Shown here: in pieces, positions 47,316 to 55,227 of the stretch
Position numbering within the stretch: position 1 is the first letter of the stretch
How the letters are laid out: the number at the start of each line of letters is the position of its first letter
Translations under genes and position numbers: made by a program
IMG/VR virus record: IMGVR_UViG_2974528200_000001
Coordinates: 1 to 64,000 of that record
Origin: a virus
Lineage: Duplodnaviria > Caudoviricetes
Length of the DNA stretch: 64,000 bases
Reading direction: 5' to 3' (one strand)
The notes under the pieces: model-generated
Databases searched by the model: none
What the model was told of the DNA's origin: nothing
Seen by the model: the letters and a program-made list of their open reading frames with translations, nothing else

Positions 47316-48683
47316 GTGGCCGAAGAGCCGAAGAAGACCCGTGCCAAGAAGGGCACCGGTGGCATGCGCTACCGCGCCGACAAGGATGTGTGGATCGCGA
47401 GCGCGGACGTCGGCTTCGATGCCCAGGGGAACCGGGTGCGCCTCGAGGCGACCGGCAAGACCGAGTACCAGGCCCAGCAGCGGCTGAACAAGAAGGTGCG
47501 CGAGTACCACAAATCGCCGACCCAGTCGAAGGCGGCGAAGGGCACCGTGGCCGAGTGGCTCGACAAGTGGCTCAACGAGGTCCGCCGTGGCCGGATCCGC
47601 CCGACGACGAAGCGCTCCTACGACAGCCACATCCGCAACCACATCAATCCGGTCATGGGCAAGAAGAAGCTCGCCAAGCTCACGCCCGAGGACATCCGGC
47701 AGATGATGCGTGACATCGAGAAGCGTCAGGCCGACGCGCGCAAGGCCGCGGCGGCAGCTGGCTCCAGCACTCGCGTCGGCGACGGTCCGCGGTGTGCAAA
47801 GTACGCCCACACGATCATGCGCAAGGCCCTCGGCGACGCCGTCCGTGAGGGGCTCGTTCCGCGCAACGTAGCGAGCAAGGATTACGTGGAACCGATGGGG
47901 GCCGTCGAGAAAGAGCAGAAGGCGCTCGACGCCGCCCAGGCCCGCAACTTCCTGCGGATCGCACTCGAGAGCAACGACCCTTGGGCGACCAGATGGGCCG
48001 CTGCATTGTTGACTGGCACTCGTCAGGGTGAGCTCATTGGTTTGACATGGGATCGGGTCGACTTCGAAAACAAAAGGCTCTACTTCACCAAGCAGCTGCA
48101 ACTCCTGGGAAATACCCACGGCTGCGGAGAAGCGGATGAGAATGGCCTATACCCGTGCGGCAAATTGGTTGCGCGCGCGTGCCCGAAGCGCGAGTTCGAC
48201 ATCGACGAGAAGTATCGGTCCGAAACCGAGATCATCAGCGGCTCGATCGCCTGGGTGCCGACCAAGACCAAGATGTCCAAGCGCGCGCTGCCCATGATCG
48301 AACCGCTCGCGAAGATCCTCCGAGCGCACCAAGCCATGACCGCCGGCCAACCCAACCCGCACAACCTGGTCTGGCACGAGCCGGATGGTCGACCCTTGAA
48401 CCCGCGCAAGGACTACGACAACTGGCTGGCCGCACTCGACCGGGCAGGCCTCGAGCACGTGAAGCTCCACAGCACGCGCGCCAGCGCGGCGAGCATCATG
48501 AGTGAGATGGGTATCGACCGCGAGGTCATCGCCGAGATCCTGGGCCACACCAACCTGTCCACCACGGCCCTGTACGCCAAGGTCGGCGAGACCTACCGGC
48601 GCGAGGCGCTCAGCTCGCTCGGGAGCCTGGTCGATATGTTCGGTGAGAGTGACGGTGGACACACTCCCGCGTTGGACGCCTGA
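47316..48683 (+). CDS. int: Tyrosine integrase
   Basis: GTRQGE (R), TKTK (K), HSTR, LGH, ALY catalytic set. Confidence 0.95.
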   Translation: MAEEPKKTRAKKGTGGMRYRADKDVWIASADVGFDAQGNRVRLEATGKTEYQAQQRLNKKVREYHKSPTQSKAAKGTVAEWLDKWLNEVRRGRIRPTTKRSYDSHIRNHINPVMGKKKLAKLTPEDIRQMMRDIEKRQADARKAAAAAGSSTRVGDGPRCAKYAHTIMRKALGDAVREGLVPRNVASKDYVEPMGAVEKEQKALDAAQARNFLRIALESNDPWATRWAAALLTGTRQGELIGLTWDRVDFENKRLYFTKQLQLLGNTHGCGEADENGLYPCGKLVARACPKREFDIDEKYRSETEIISGSIAWVPTKTKMSKRALPMIEPLAKILRAHQAMTAGQPNPHNLVWHEPDGRPLNPRKDYDNWLAALDRAGLEHVKLHSTRASAASIMSEMGIDREVIAEILGHTNLSTTALYAKVGETYRREALSSLGSLVDMFGESDGGHTPALDA

Positions 48684-48702
48684 CCATCTGACCGGTCGGT
48701 TA

Positions 48703-48734
48703 ACCCCCACCTGTACGTTTGGGTAGGTGGGGGT
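48703..48734 (+). terminator. Hairpin after integrase
   Basis: acccccacctg/taggtgggggt. Confidence 0.5.
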
Positions 48735-48943
48735 GGGACTTTAGTCCCGATGTCGCAGATTTGGCGGCACGGCGTTTACTTAGACGGGTAGACGCATGTA
48801 ACCTTCGTATTGCTAACGACGAATAGGTCGTCGGAAGTATTCACCCCCACCCCCGTGTCGGATTGTGTTATCCCCGGTTCAGAAACATGTGCCCTGGGTC
48901 ACTAGGTCGGCAAAGCCTTTAATCAGAAGAGGTTGAAAGCCCC

Positions 48944-49150
48944 ATGTACGCACAGCGTGCCTCGAATGTCCTCACCACTGCAGGTCAGATGGTAACAACG
49001 GACGTTGAGATCATTGACGGTGAGCCATTGTTTGTTATCCAGTATGGCGAAGGAGCCGATCAATTGATCGAATTCGACGTCGAGGGGATTCGACAGCTGT
49101 TTACGAAGCTCGGCAGCATTCTCGGCGTGAGCATCGCCGGCGTTGCCTGA
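48944..49150 (+). CDS. Hypothetical protein
   Basis: 68-aa ORF with GAGG SD. Confidence 0.55.
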   Translation: MYAQRASNVLTTAGQMVTTDVEIIDGEPLFVIQYGEGADQLIEFDVEGIRQLFTKLGSILGVSIAGVA

Positions 49151-49166
49151 ATAACCTGAAAAAGGG

Positions 49167-49200
49167 GCAACCCCCGCCTAGTACGTTAGGCGGGGGTTGC
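49167..49200. terminator. Bidirectional terminator between convergent genes
   Basis: gcaacccccgccta/taggcgggggttgc; A-run upstream, T-run downstream. Confidence 0.7.
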
Positions 49201-49582
49201 TTTCTTCATTTCCGGGTCCGTATTTGACATCCGAGATGAATGTCCGGATCAGTTCGTCGATGGCCTTGCGTTGCCGGCTGGTCAGGACTTCCGAACCTAC
49301 CGGCGGTTCGTAGGGCGGCGAGGCTGCGTCCCAGTTCTCGCCGAGCCAGTCCAAGACCTTCTTGACGTTCATGCCCAAGGCCTCGGCGACACGCTCAAGC
49401 GTCTGTCGCTCAACGAGCCTCGGGTCCGCCTTGCCGGTGATAAGTCGGACGACGGTGGTCGTGTGCAGACCAGCTTCCTTGGCCAGAGCGTTGAAGCTCG
49501 GGTCACCGGTCCGTGGATTGGTGAGACCCTGCTTCAGCATCGCTTTGGCCCAGGGCTGCGGTACTTCAGTGGTTTGTCTCAT
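49178..49582 (-). CDS. Immunity repressor-like HTH protein
   Basis: SFNALAKEAGLHTTTVVRLI helix-turn-helix; near int, divergent from early operon. Confidence 0.75.
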   Translation of the reverse strand: MRQTTEVPQPWAKAMLKQGLTNPRTGDPSFNALAKEAGLHTTTVVRLITGKADPRLVERQTLERVAEALGMNVKKVLDWLGENWDAASPPYEPPVGSEVLTSRQRKAIDELIRTFISDVKYGPGNEESNPRLTY

Positions 49583-49651
49583 AGTGCCGACTAGTGTCTC
49601 ACGCACAACTGCACGCGTCAACAACTGTTGTCAGTGACACAAGCTATAGTG

Positions 49652-49672
49652 TGTCTAACGCACAAGTAGACA
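49652..49672. promoter_or_regulatory. Best-matching operator palindrome TGTCTA-N9-TAGACA in the repressor/early divergence
   Basis: tgtctaacgcacaagtagaca. Confidence 0.65.
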
Positions 49673-49687
49673 GCCAAGGAGGCAAGC

Positions 49688-49924
49688 GTGTCAGATAGCA
49701 AGCAAGACATTAAGGTTGGTGACGTCGTCACTATCGGTTCCTGGGGCTACCGATGGACAGTCACCGGCTTCAAGCTCTCCCCATTCTCGGGGGGCCGTAA
49801 AGCCGTTCTCACACGAGAGCAGGAGCGTGGCTACCGTCACGGAAACGTCGGCAAGGCTAAGTCCGCGGCGGTCATCCGGACCCGTGTAGCAGTCGATACA
49901 TTGGTCAAGGAGGAGTCCAAGTGA
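49688..49924 (+). CDS. Small hypothetical protein
   Basis: AAGGAGG SD; IKVGDVV start. Confidence 0.65.
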   Translation: MSDSKQDIKVGDVVTIGSWGYRWTVTGFKLSPFSGGRKAVLTREQERGYRHGNVGKAKSAAVIRTRVAVDTLVKEESK

Positions 49925-50958
49925 CGACACCCTACGACCTCCTCGAGACCGGCGCGATCATCAACGGGCGCGCACAGGTCATCGGCAAGTTCGACAACGG
50001 TTCCCCCGAGTGGCATGCCGCTCGCCGCGGTCACGTCGGCGGTTCCGAGATCTCCGCGATCGTCGGCCTGAGCCCGTTCGAGTCCCGGTTCTCCCTGTGG
50101 CACCGCAAGAAGGGTGAGCTCGAGGACGTCGAGGAGACCCCAGCCATGGAGTGGGGCACCCGCCTCGAGCCAGTGGTCTACCAGAAGTACTCCGAGTCCC
50201 TCGAAGAGGATGAGTTCATCACCACCGGACACACCTTCCGGTGCCTGATCCCCGGACGTGGCTGGATCAACGCCAACCCCGACGGCATCGTCTGGGCACA
50301 GACCGAGGACGGCGAGTGGTACATCCGCCGGGTCCTCGAGATCAAGACCTCGGCCCGCGGCGAAGGCTACGGCCCGAATGGCAGCGACGGCATCCCGATC
50401 TACTACCGATGCCAGGTGCTGTTCTACATGTACTGCCTCGGTGTAAAGCAGGCCGATCTGGCCGCGCTGATCTCCGGTGTCGACTACCGCACCTACAAGG
50501 TCAACTACAGCACCGAAGACGTCGAGTTCCTCATGAACGCCGGCGACAAGTTCATGCACGAGCTGAATAACAACATCCTGCCCGACATCAGCAAGGACAG
50601 CGCCACCTACGAAGCGGTGCGCCAGATCAACCCCGAACTGGACCCGGACCTCGAGGTCGTCGTCCCGACCCAGCTGGGGGAGTTCTACCGCTCGGTCGAG
50701 GAGGCCTACCGCGAGATCAAGGATCTGCGCAGCGGTCTCCACGCCGAGATCCTCGATCATGTCGGGCCCGCCCGCGTGGTCAAGCTCGAGGACGGCGAGG
50801 TCCTGGCGCGTCGACAGATGCCTGGCCGCGGCGACAAGCCGTACCTGCGCTACGTGCCGGCCAAGAAGCCCGAGCAGGTGAGCGTCATGGACGCCTACGA
50901 GAAGGAACAGGACCGGCAGGAACGCCTCGCAGCGATGTACGCCCCGGCGTCTGTCTAA
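49921..50958 (+). CDS. YqaJ/RecE-like exonuclease
   Basis: EW...RR..VGGSE, G..LE, ANPDG, LEIKT, Y..Q. Confidence 0.9.
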   Translation: MTTPYDLLETGAIINGRAQVIGKFDNGSPEWHAARRGHVGGSEISAIVGLSPFESRFSLWHRKKGELEDVEETPAMEWGTRLEPVVYQKYSESLEEDEFITTGHTFRCLIPGRGWINANPDGIVWAQTEDGEWYIRRVLEIKTSARGEGYGPNGSDGIPIYYRCQVLFYMYCLGVKQADLAALISGVDYRTYKVNYSTEDVEFLMNAGDKFMHELNNNILPDISKDSATYEAVRQINPELDPDLEVVVPTQLGEFYRSVEEAYREIKDLRSGLHAEILDHVGPARVVKLEDGEVLARRQMPGRGDKPYLRYVPAKKPEQVSVMDAYEKEQDRQERLAAMYAPASV

Positions 50959-50965
50959 TCTCTAG

Positions 50966-50994
50966 TTGACTCCAGTGGACACATGACGTAGGCT
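50966..50994 (+). promoter_or_regulatory. SigA-like promoter TTGACT-N17-TAGGCT
   Basis: Sequence at 50966-50994. Confidence 0.65.
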
Positions 50995-51050
50995 GATGGA
51001 GTCAGACAGAGAGAGACAAACAACTGTCTAACCTCTAACTGAATAGAGAC

Positions 51051-51222
51051 TTGTGGATGGTGGCGTCAAGCTCACCCCTCCTGGTTCAAATCCCATTAAT
51101 CCGGGGCTTGCCATAGGCCATCAGGCAGGGGAGGTAAGGACGCCTGGCAACACCCTTCCCCGGTGTGCCTGCGGGATTTCAGAGTTCCTTTAGCTCGACG
51201 GCTCCTGCGTCACCACCCACAA
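51051..51222 (+). ncRNA. Structured RNA candidate, unit 1
   Basis: Outer stem ttgtgg.tggtggcg/cgtcacca.ccacaa; three conserved blocks shared with unit 2. Confidence 0.6.
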
Positions 51223-51230
51223 CAACACTT

Positions 51231-51446
51231 GCGACGCCGGCGTCAAGCTCGCCCCTCGGAGTGCATCCTGTCCCTTTCCAGGATGCAGGGTCTGCATAGC
51301 CCAACTCCGCTCCGACCGGGATGTAAGGACGCCTGACGGTAGAGCCATAACGACACCGTCCACGCGAGGGCTACCCACCCTCGTGGCCGTTGCTCCCGTC
51401 TGCAGAACCGCAACATTCTGCTCGACGGCTCCTGCGCCGGCGTCGC
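51231..51446 (+). ncRNA. Structured RNA candidate, unit 2
   Basis: Outer stem gcgacgccggcg/cgccggcgtcgc; same three blocks. Confidence 0.6.
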
Positions 51447-51458
51447 CACAACCCTCCA

Positions 51459-51490
51459 CATGAAGGTCCGAGTACCGCGAAGCGGATTGA
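51459..51490 (+). repeat. Start-associated motif, copy 1
   Basis: catgaaggtccgagtaccgcgaagcggattga. Confidence 0.75.
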
Positions 51491-51546
51491 ACCATCCGGG
51501 AAAACCTAACAGTTCAAAACACAAGAGAGAAGAGGAGATTCAACAC

Positions 51547-51900
51547 ATGGCACGAATCAAACAGGAACGGATCGACGCGGCCCTGGAAAGCATGGGGCGC
51601 GAGATCGACCACCTCACCAGCCGGGTCGACATCCTAGCCAGCGCGGGCACCGGCCAGAGCAAGGCCATCAGAGAACTCACTGCGAGCGTCGACCACGTTC
51701 GGAAAGCCGTGCTCACGATCCTCAAAGAGATCAACAGCAGCCCCGGCGTGATCGAGGAGGAGCTCTACCCAGCCGGCCTCAAGCTCGAGCTTCTCACCAT
51801 CTTCAACGGCGAGATTTACCTCGCCAAGGAGGCCTACGAGTGGGTCACCGACGACGAAACCCTGACCGACAACACCGAGGAGGACCACACCAGTGTCTGA
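51547..51900 (+). CDS. Coiled-coil hypothetical protein
   Basis: ATG after GAGGAG. Confidence 0.7.
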   Translation: MARIKQERIDAALESMGREIDHLTSRVDILASAGTGQSKAIRELTASVDHVRKAVLTILKEINSSPGVIEEELYPAGLKLELLTIFNGEIYLAKEAYEWVTDDETLTDNTEEDHTSV

Positions 51901-52576
51901 ACTCCAGCAAGCCTCGCAAGGCCAGGCCTCAGCAGGCCCAGTCCAGGTCATCTACAGCCACGCCAAGGAGATCCAGAACGTGCTCGAAAAGGGCACCGAC
52001 ATGGACCGCTGGCTGCAGATGGCCCGACTCGCCGTCATGCGTGACCCCAACCTCGTCAACGCCGCCAAGCGCGACCCCGGCTCGCTCATGCAGGCCATCC
52101 TCGACTGTGCCGAGAAGGGACACATCCCCGGCACCGAGGACTACTACCTCGTTCCCCGCAAGGGTGGCATCCAGGGCATGGAGTCCTGGAAGGGGATCGC
52201 CAAGCGCATCATGCGTTCTGGTCGCTACCAGTCGATCGTCGCCGAGGTCGTCTACGAGGGTGAAGAGTTCGACTTCAACCCGAACACCATGGACCGACCG
52301 GTACACAAGATCAACTACATGGCCCGCACCTCCGGCGCACCGGTCATGTCCTACGCCTACGCCGTCGACCACGAGGGCAAGCCGTCCACCGTGGCCATCG
52401 CCGACCCGCGTTACATCGCCAAGGTCAAGGCCAACTCACGCGGCACCGTCTGGGCCGACTGGGACGAGGCGATGTATCGCAAGACCTCCGTCAAGATGCT
52501 CGTCGACTACGTCGACACCTCCTCGACCGACCGTCGCGATGTGTCTACCGTCGAACTGGATGGTGGTGAGGTGTGA
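51893..52576 (+). CDS. recT: RecT-like ssDNA annealing protein
   Basis: P.SL..A...CA..G..PG...YLVP; VYEG.EF; W..W..M..KT. Confidence 0.88.
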   Translation: MSELQQASQGQASAGPVQVIYSHAKEIQNVLEKGTDMDRWLQMARLAVMRDPNLVNAAKRDPGSLMQAILDCAEKGHIPGTEDYYLVPRKGGIQGMESWKGIAKRIMRSGRYQSIVAEVVYEGEEFDFNPNTMDRPVHKINYMARTSGAPVMSYAYAVDHEGKPSTVAIADPRYIAKVKANSRGTVWADWDEAMYRKTSVKMLVDYVDTSSTDRRDVSTVELDGGEV

Positions 52577-53064
52577 GGCCTGGGCCGAAGTCGAAGCCCC
52601 TACAAGAGCGCCTGCTCAGCAAGATCGCGACCACCGATTCTGGGTGCTGGGAGTTCACCGGCTCCCTGGAACCCAGTAGCTATGGCCGGGTCTGGAGTGG
52701 GGGTGAGGGCGGTCGCATGCTATGGGCCCACCGCGCATCCTGGGTTGTCCATCGAGGCGAGATTCCAGACGGGATGTTTGTGTGCCACGCGTGCGACAAT
52801 CCGCCGTGCGTAAACCCTGACCACCTGTTCCTTGGTGACCACAAGGACAACATGGCAGACATGGCCAGGAAGGGGAGATTCAACCTGCCCAAACTACGAG
52901 GTGAGTCGCACCCCGGTCACATGCTCACTAAGCAAGATGTCCAGGAGGTCCGAGCGCTCCACTCCGAAGGGGTATCCAGTCGGCGACTCGGTGAGCTCTA
53001 CGGAGTCAGCAAGACCTCGATCCTTAACATCATCAACCGGAAGACATGGAGCCACGTCGCATGA
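52573..53064 (+). CDS. HNH endonuclease with C-terminal HTH
   Basis: GCWEF.G, AHR.SW, VCHACDNPPCVNPDHL. Confidence 0.9.
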   Translation: MRPGPKSKPLQERLLSKIATTDSGCWEFTGSLEPSSYGRVWSGGEGGRMLWAHRASWVVHRGEIPDGMFVCHACDNPPCVNPDHLFLGDHKDNMADMARKGRFNLPKLRGESHPGHMLTKQDVQEVRALHSEGVSSRRLGELYGVSKTSILNIINRKTWSHVA

Positions 53065-53798
53065 CCGTCGAAATTCGGGTGATTACCCAACCAGTTGTCA
53101 CTCTTGTTGCGCACACGACCATTACCGACGCGTTGCGCAAGAAACTGCAACCCGGACTAAGTGACCCGGTGTTGCAGCTCGCTCCCGAGTTTGGTGGGCG
53201 GGCCTGCTACCAGAGTTGGGACAAGCCAAATCCGGCGACAGCATCCAATGGTGGCTATATCCACAACATCCTCAAGCAGCGCCACCTTAGTGTGCTAGAG
53301 CATAGCTCAGCCAGCTTCTACATCGAGGGTGTCTCTCGGTCGCTCACCCATGAACTGGTGCGACACCGTCACTTCTCGTTCTCGCAGCTGTCGCAGCGCT
53401 ACGTCGACTCCAAGGACGTTGCGTTCGTCCTGCCGCCGGCCTACGAGGGCGATGCAATCCTGACGCAACTCTTCGCCGAAGGTCGCATGCTTGACCTTAA
53501 GGAGTACCGGCTGGCTGAGGACCGCCTAGTCGGTCAGGGACTGAAGAAGAAGCAGGCCCGCGAGGCTGCGCGTGCCGGACTGCCCAACTGTACCGAGACA
53601 AAGATCGAGGTCTCGGGGAACCTGAGAGCTTGGCTCGAATTCCTCATCAAGCGTGACAACCCCGCCGCCGACGCCGAGATCCGACGCCTGGCCAAGGAGC
53701 TCCGCGAGCACCTCGTCATGATCGCGCCAGACGTTTTCGGTGACGACGCACGCAGGCTCTGGGACGACTCGTTCGCCCAACGCGAGGCGCGCGCCTAA
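53061..53798 (+). CDS. thyX: Flavin-dependent thymidylate synthase
   Basis: H.SVLEH; RHRHFSFSQLSQRY ThyX motif; ARE.AR..LP. Confidence 0.95.
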   Translation: MTVEIRVITQPVVTLVAHTTITDALRKKLQPGLSDPVLQLAPEFGGRACYQSWDKPNPATASNGGYIHNILKQRHLSVLEHSSASFYIEGVSRSLTHELVRHRHFSFSQLSQRYVDSKDVAFVLPPAYEGDAILTQLFAEGRMLDLKEYRLAEDRLVGQGLKKKQAREAARAGLPNCTETKIEVSGNLRAWLEFLIKRDNPAADAEIRRLAKELREHLVMIAPDVFGDDARRLWDDSFAQREARA

Positions 53799-53847
53799 GG
53801 CCGTCGACGGCCTCGCTGGGAAACCGGCGAGGCCGTTCTCGCATCCA

Positions 53848-53878
53848 CATGAGGTCCGAGTGCCGCGGAGCGGATTGG
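53848..53878 (+). repeat. Start-associated motif, copy 2
   Basis: catgaggtccgagtgccgcggagcggattgg. Confidence 0.75.
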
Positions 53879-53899
53879 ACACCACAGACAAGGAGAACC

Positions 53900-54157
53900 A
53901 TGGACAGGCAATCAGCAAACCACCCAGGCGAATACAGGAAAGAACTGGCCTGGCATGTCAACAACATGCAAGCACTGGTCGACTTTCTGGCCAACCCCGA
54001 AGTCCAGCACGCCGCCGGACACTACAAGGACGTGATGGCCTACGAGGGGATCCTCGACAAGGTTTGCGAGACCCTCGACGTGGATCGGTACGACGCAATC
54101 GTCGACGAGGTCCAGGTGCTGCAGCGGCTCGTCGAGCTCGCGAAGGCCACGGGTTGA
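53900..54157 (+). CDS. Hypothetical protein
   Basis: ATG after AAGGAG. Confidence 0.7.
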   Translation: MDRQSANHPGEYRKELAWHVNNMQALVDFLANPEVQHAAGHYKDVMAYEGILDKVCETLDVDRYDAIVDEVQVLQRLVELAKATG

Positions 54158-54303
54158 GCGATCACGTCGTCGTCCTCGCGATTTGCGCGGCGGTGGGGCT
54201 GATCGAAGTGCTGCACTTCTGGCTCTACCGCCGAAACGCACGGCCTATCGAGCACAACATGATCACCGGACGTGGAGGCATGGATGACGAAACCTATCAA
54301 TAG
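54154..54303 (+). CDS. Small membrane protein
   Basis: Coupled TTG; VVVLAICAAVGLIEVLHFWLY. Confidence 0.45.
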   Translation: MSDHVVVLAICAAVGLIEVLHFWLYRRNARPIEHNMITGRGGMDDETYQ

Positions 54304-54559
54304 CGTCGCCGTCGAGATCGATGCAGCACGGCTACACAAGGCCATGCGAAACCTCGGCGACGCCATCCACGACGAACAGTGGCAAGACCTACCCGAACAG
54401 GTCCGACTTCAGATGCGCAGCCTGGCCGGTGAGTGCCGGGACGCCATCCTCGGGCCCCACCGCCGCGCATACAGCGACACCAACAACCGATCAGGGGTCT
54501 GCGCAGAGTGCCAGACCCAATACCCCTGCAATATAAGGAGATTCTTCACCAATGTCTGA
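54284..54559 (+). CDS. Hypothetical protein (H...CxxC...PC)
   Basis: GGAGG SD. Confidence 0.6.
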   Translation: MTKPINSVAVEIDAARLHKAMRNLGDAIHDEQWQDLPEQVRLQMRSLAGECRDAILGPHRRAYSDTNNRSGVCAECQTQYPCNIRRFFTNV

Positions 54560-54749
54560 CCCATTCCAGAACAAGCTGGCCTTCAACAAGCGCGAACTCG
54601 CCGACGCCGTCGGTGTCTCCGAAGCCACCATCGACCGCGAGATCAAGGCCGGCAACCTCGAGGTGCGCTACGTCCGCGGCAAGGTCGTCATCATGCGTGA
54701 CGCCGCGGTCGACTGGCTCAACGCCGCACCCACCGAGAAGGAGGTCTGA
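54552..54749 (+). CDS. Excisionase-like winged-HTH DNA-binding protein
   Basis: ELADAVGVSEATIDREIKAGNL....RGK. Confidence 0.75.
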   Translation: MSDPFQNKLAFNKRELADAVGVSEATIDREIKAGNLEVRYVRGKVVIMRDAAVDWLNAAPTEKEV

Positions 54750-54750
54750 C

Positions 54751-54960
54751 GTGGATCAGACCGGACTGATAGTGACCGACACCCAGTCTCGCACCGTCGA
54801 TCTGGTTACGGACTGCCGCCCCACGCTCGAGGAGGTCGAGGCGTTCGTGAAGGCGTGCCGCAAGGCTGGCATGGAGGGTTCCTACGGGGTGGACGTCTCG
54901 AGCATGGGATTCCACTACAAGCTATCGATGACGTCCTCGGTCGAAACGACGCTTGACTAA
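54751..54960 (+). CDS. Hypothetical protein
   Basis: GTG after AAGGAGG. Confidence 0.6.
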   Translation: MDQTGLIVTDTQSRTVDLVTDCRPTLEEVEAFVKACRKAGMEGSYGVDVSSMGFHYKLSMTSSVETTLD

Positions 54961-54963
54961 CGA

Positions 54964-55164
54964 GTGGCCATCCGTCTAATGTCTAACGCATCACAAGAGT
55001 GTGAGTTCGCCACCTTGTTCCAGGCCTGCAACAGTCCAGCCGAGTACGAGGTCACCTATCGATGGTGGGGGCGGAAAGTATTCTGCGCCAGTCACTTTCA
55101 CGAGATGAACACTGACGGCGACAGGCATGTACTAAGTGTAGCCGCCGCGCTGACTCAGGCATGA
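54964..55164 (+). CDS. Small Cys-rich hypothetical protein (start uncertain)
   Basis: C....C..PA......FC..H. Confidence 0.5.
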   Translation: MAIRLMSNASQECEFATLFQACNSPAEYEVTYRWWGRKVFCASHFHEMNTDGDRHVLSVAAALTQA

Positions 55165-55190
55165 GGTCCGAGCACCGCGGAGCGGATTGA
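55160..55190 (+). repeat. Start-associated motif, copy 3
   Basis: catgaggtccgagcaccgcggagcggattga. Confidence 0.75.
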
Positions 55191-55227
55191 CATCCACAGA
55201 ACACCACAACAAGGAGGTCGCAAACAC

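Noticed and set aside
49921-50958. Cas4/CRISPR-associated call for the exonuclease
   Set aside because: YqaJ-type motifs, no Fe-S cysteine set, and paired with RecT.
51083-51093. T-loop-like GGTTCAAATCC in RNA unit 1, suggesting a tRNA or Y RNA
   Set aside because: No cloverleaf, absent from unit 2, and no Ro60/Rsr gene in the window.
51051-51446. CRISPR or TIGR-type array interpretation of the repeats
   Set aside because: Only two units; variable segments are unequal in length and self-structured; no cas or Nop-domain gene recognised in the window.
51190-51524. Minus-strand ORFs across the tandem RNA region
   Set aside because: Opposite to the promoter and operon, no SD, no motifs; conservation follows base pairing rather than codons.
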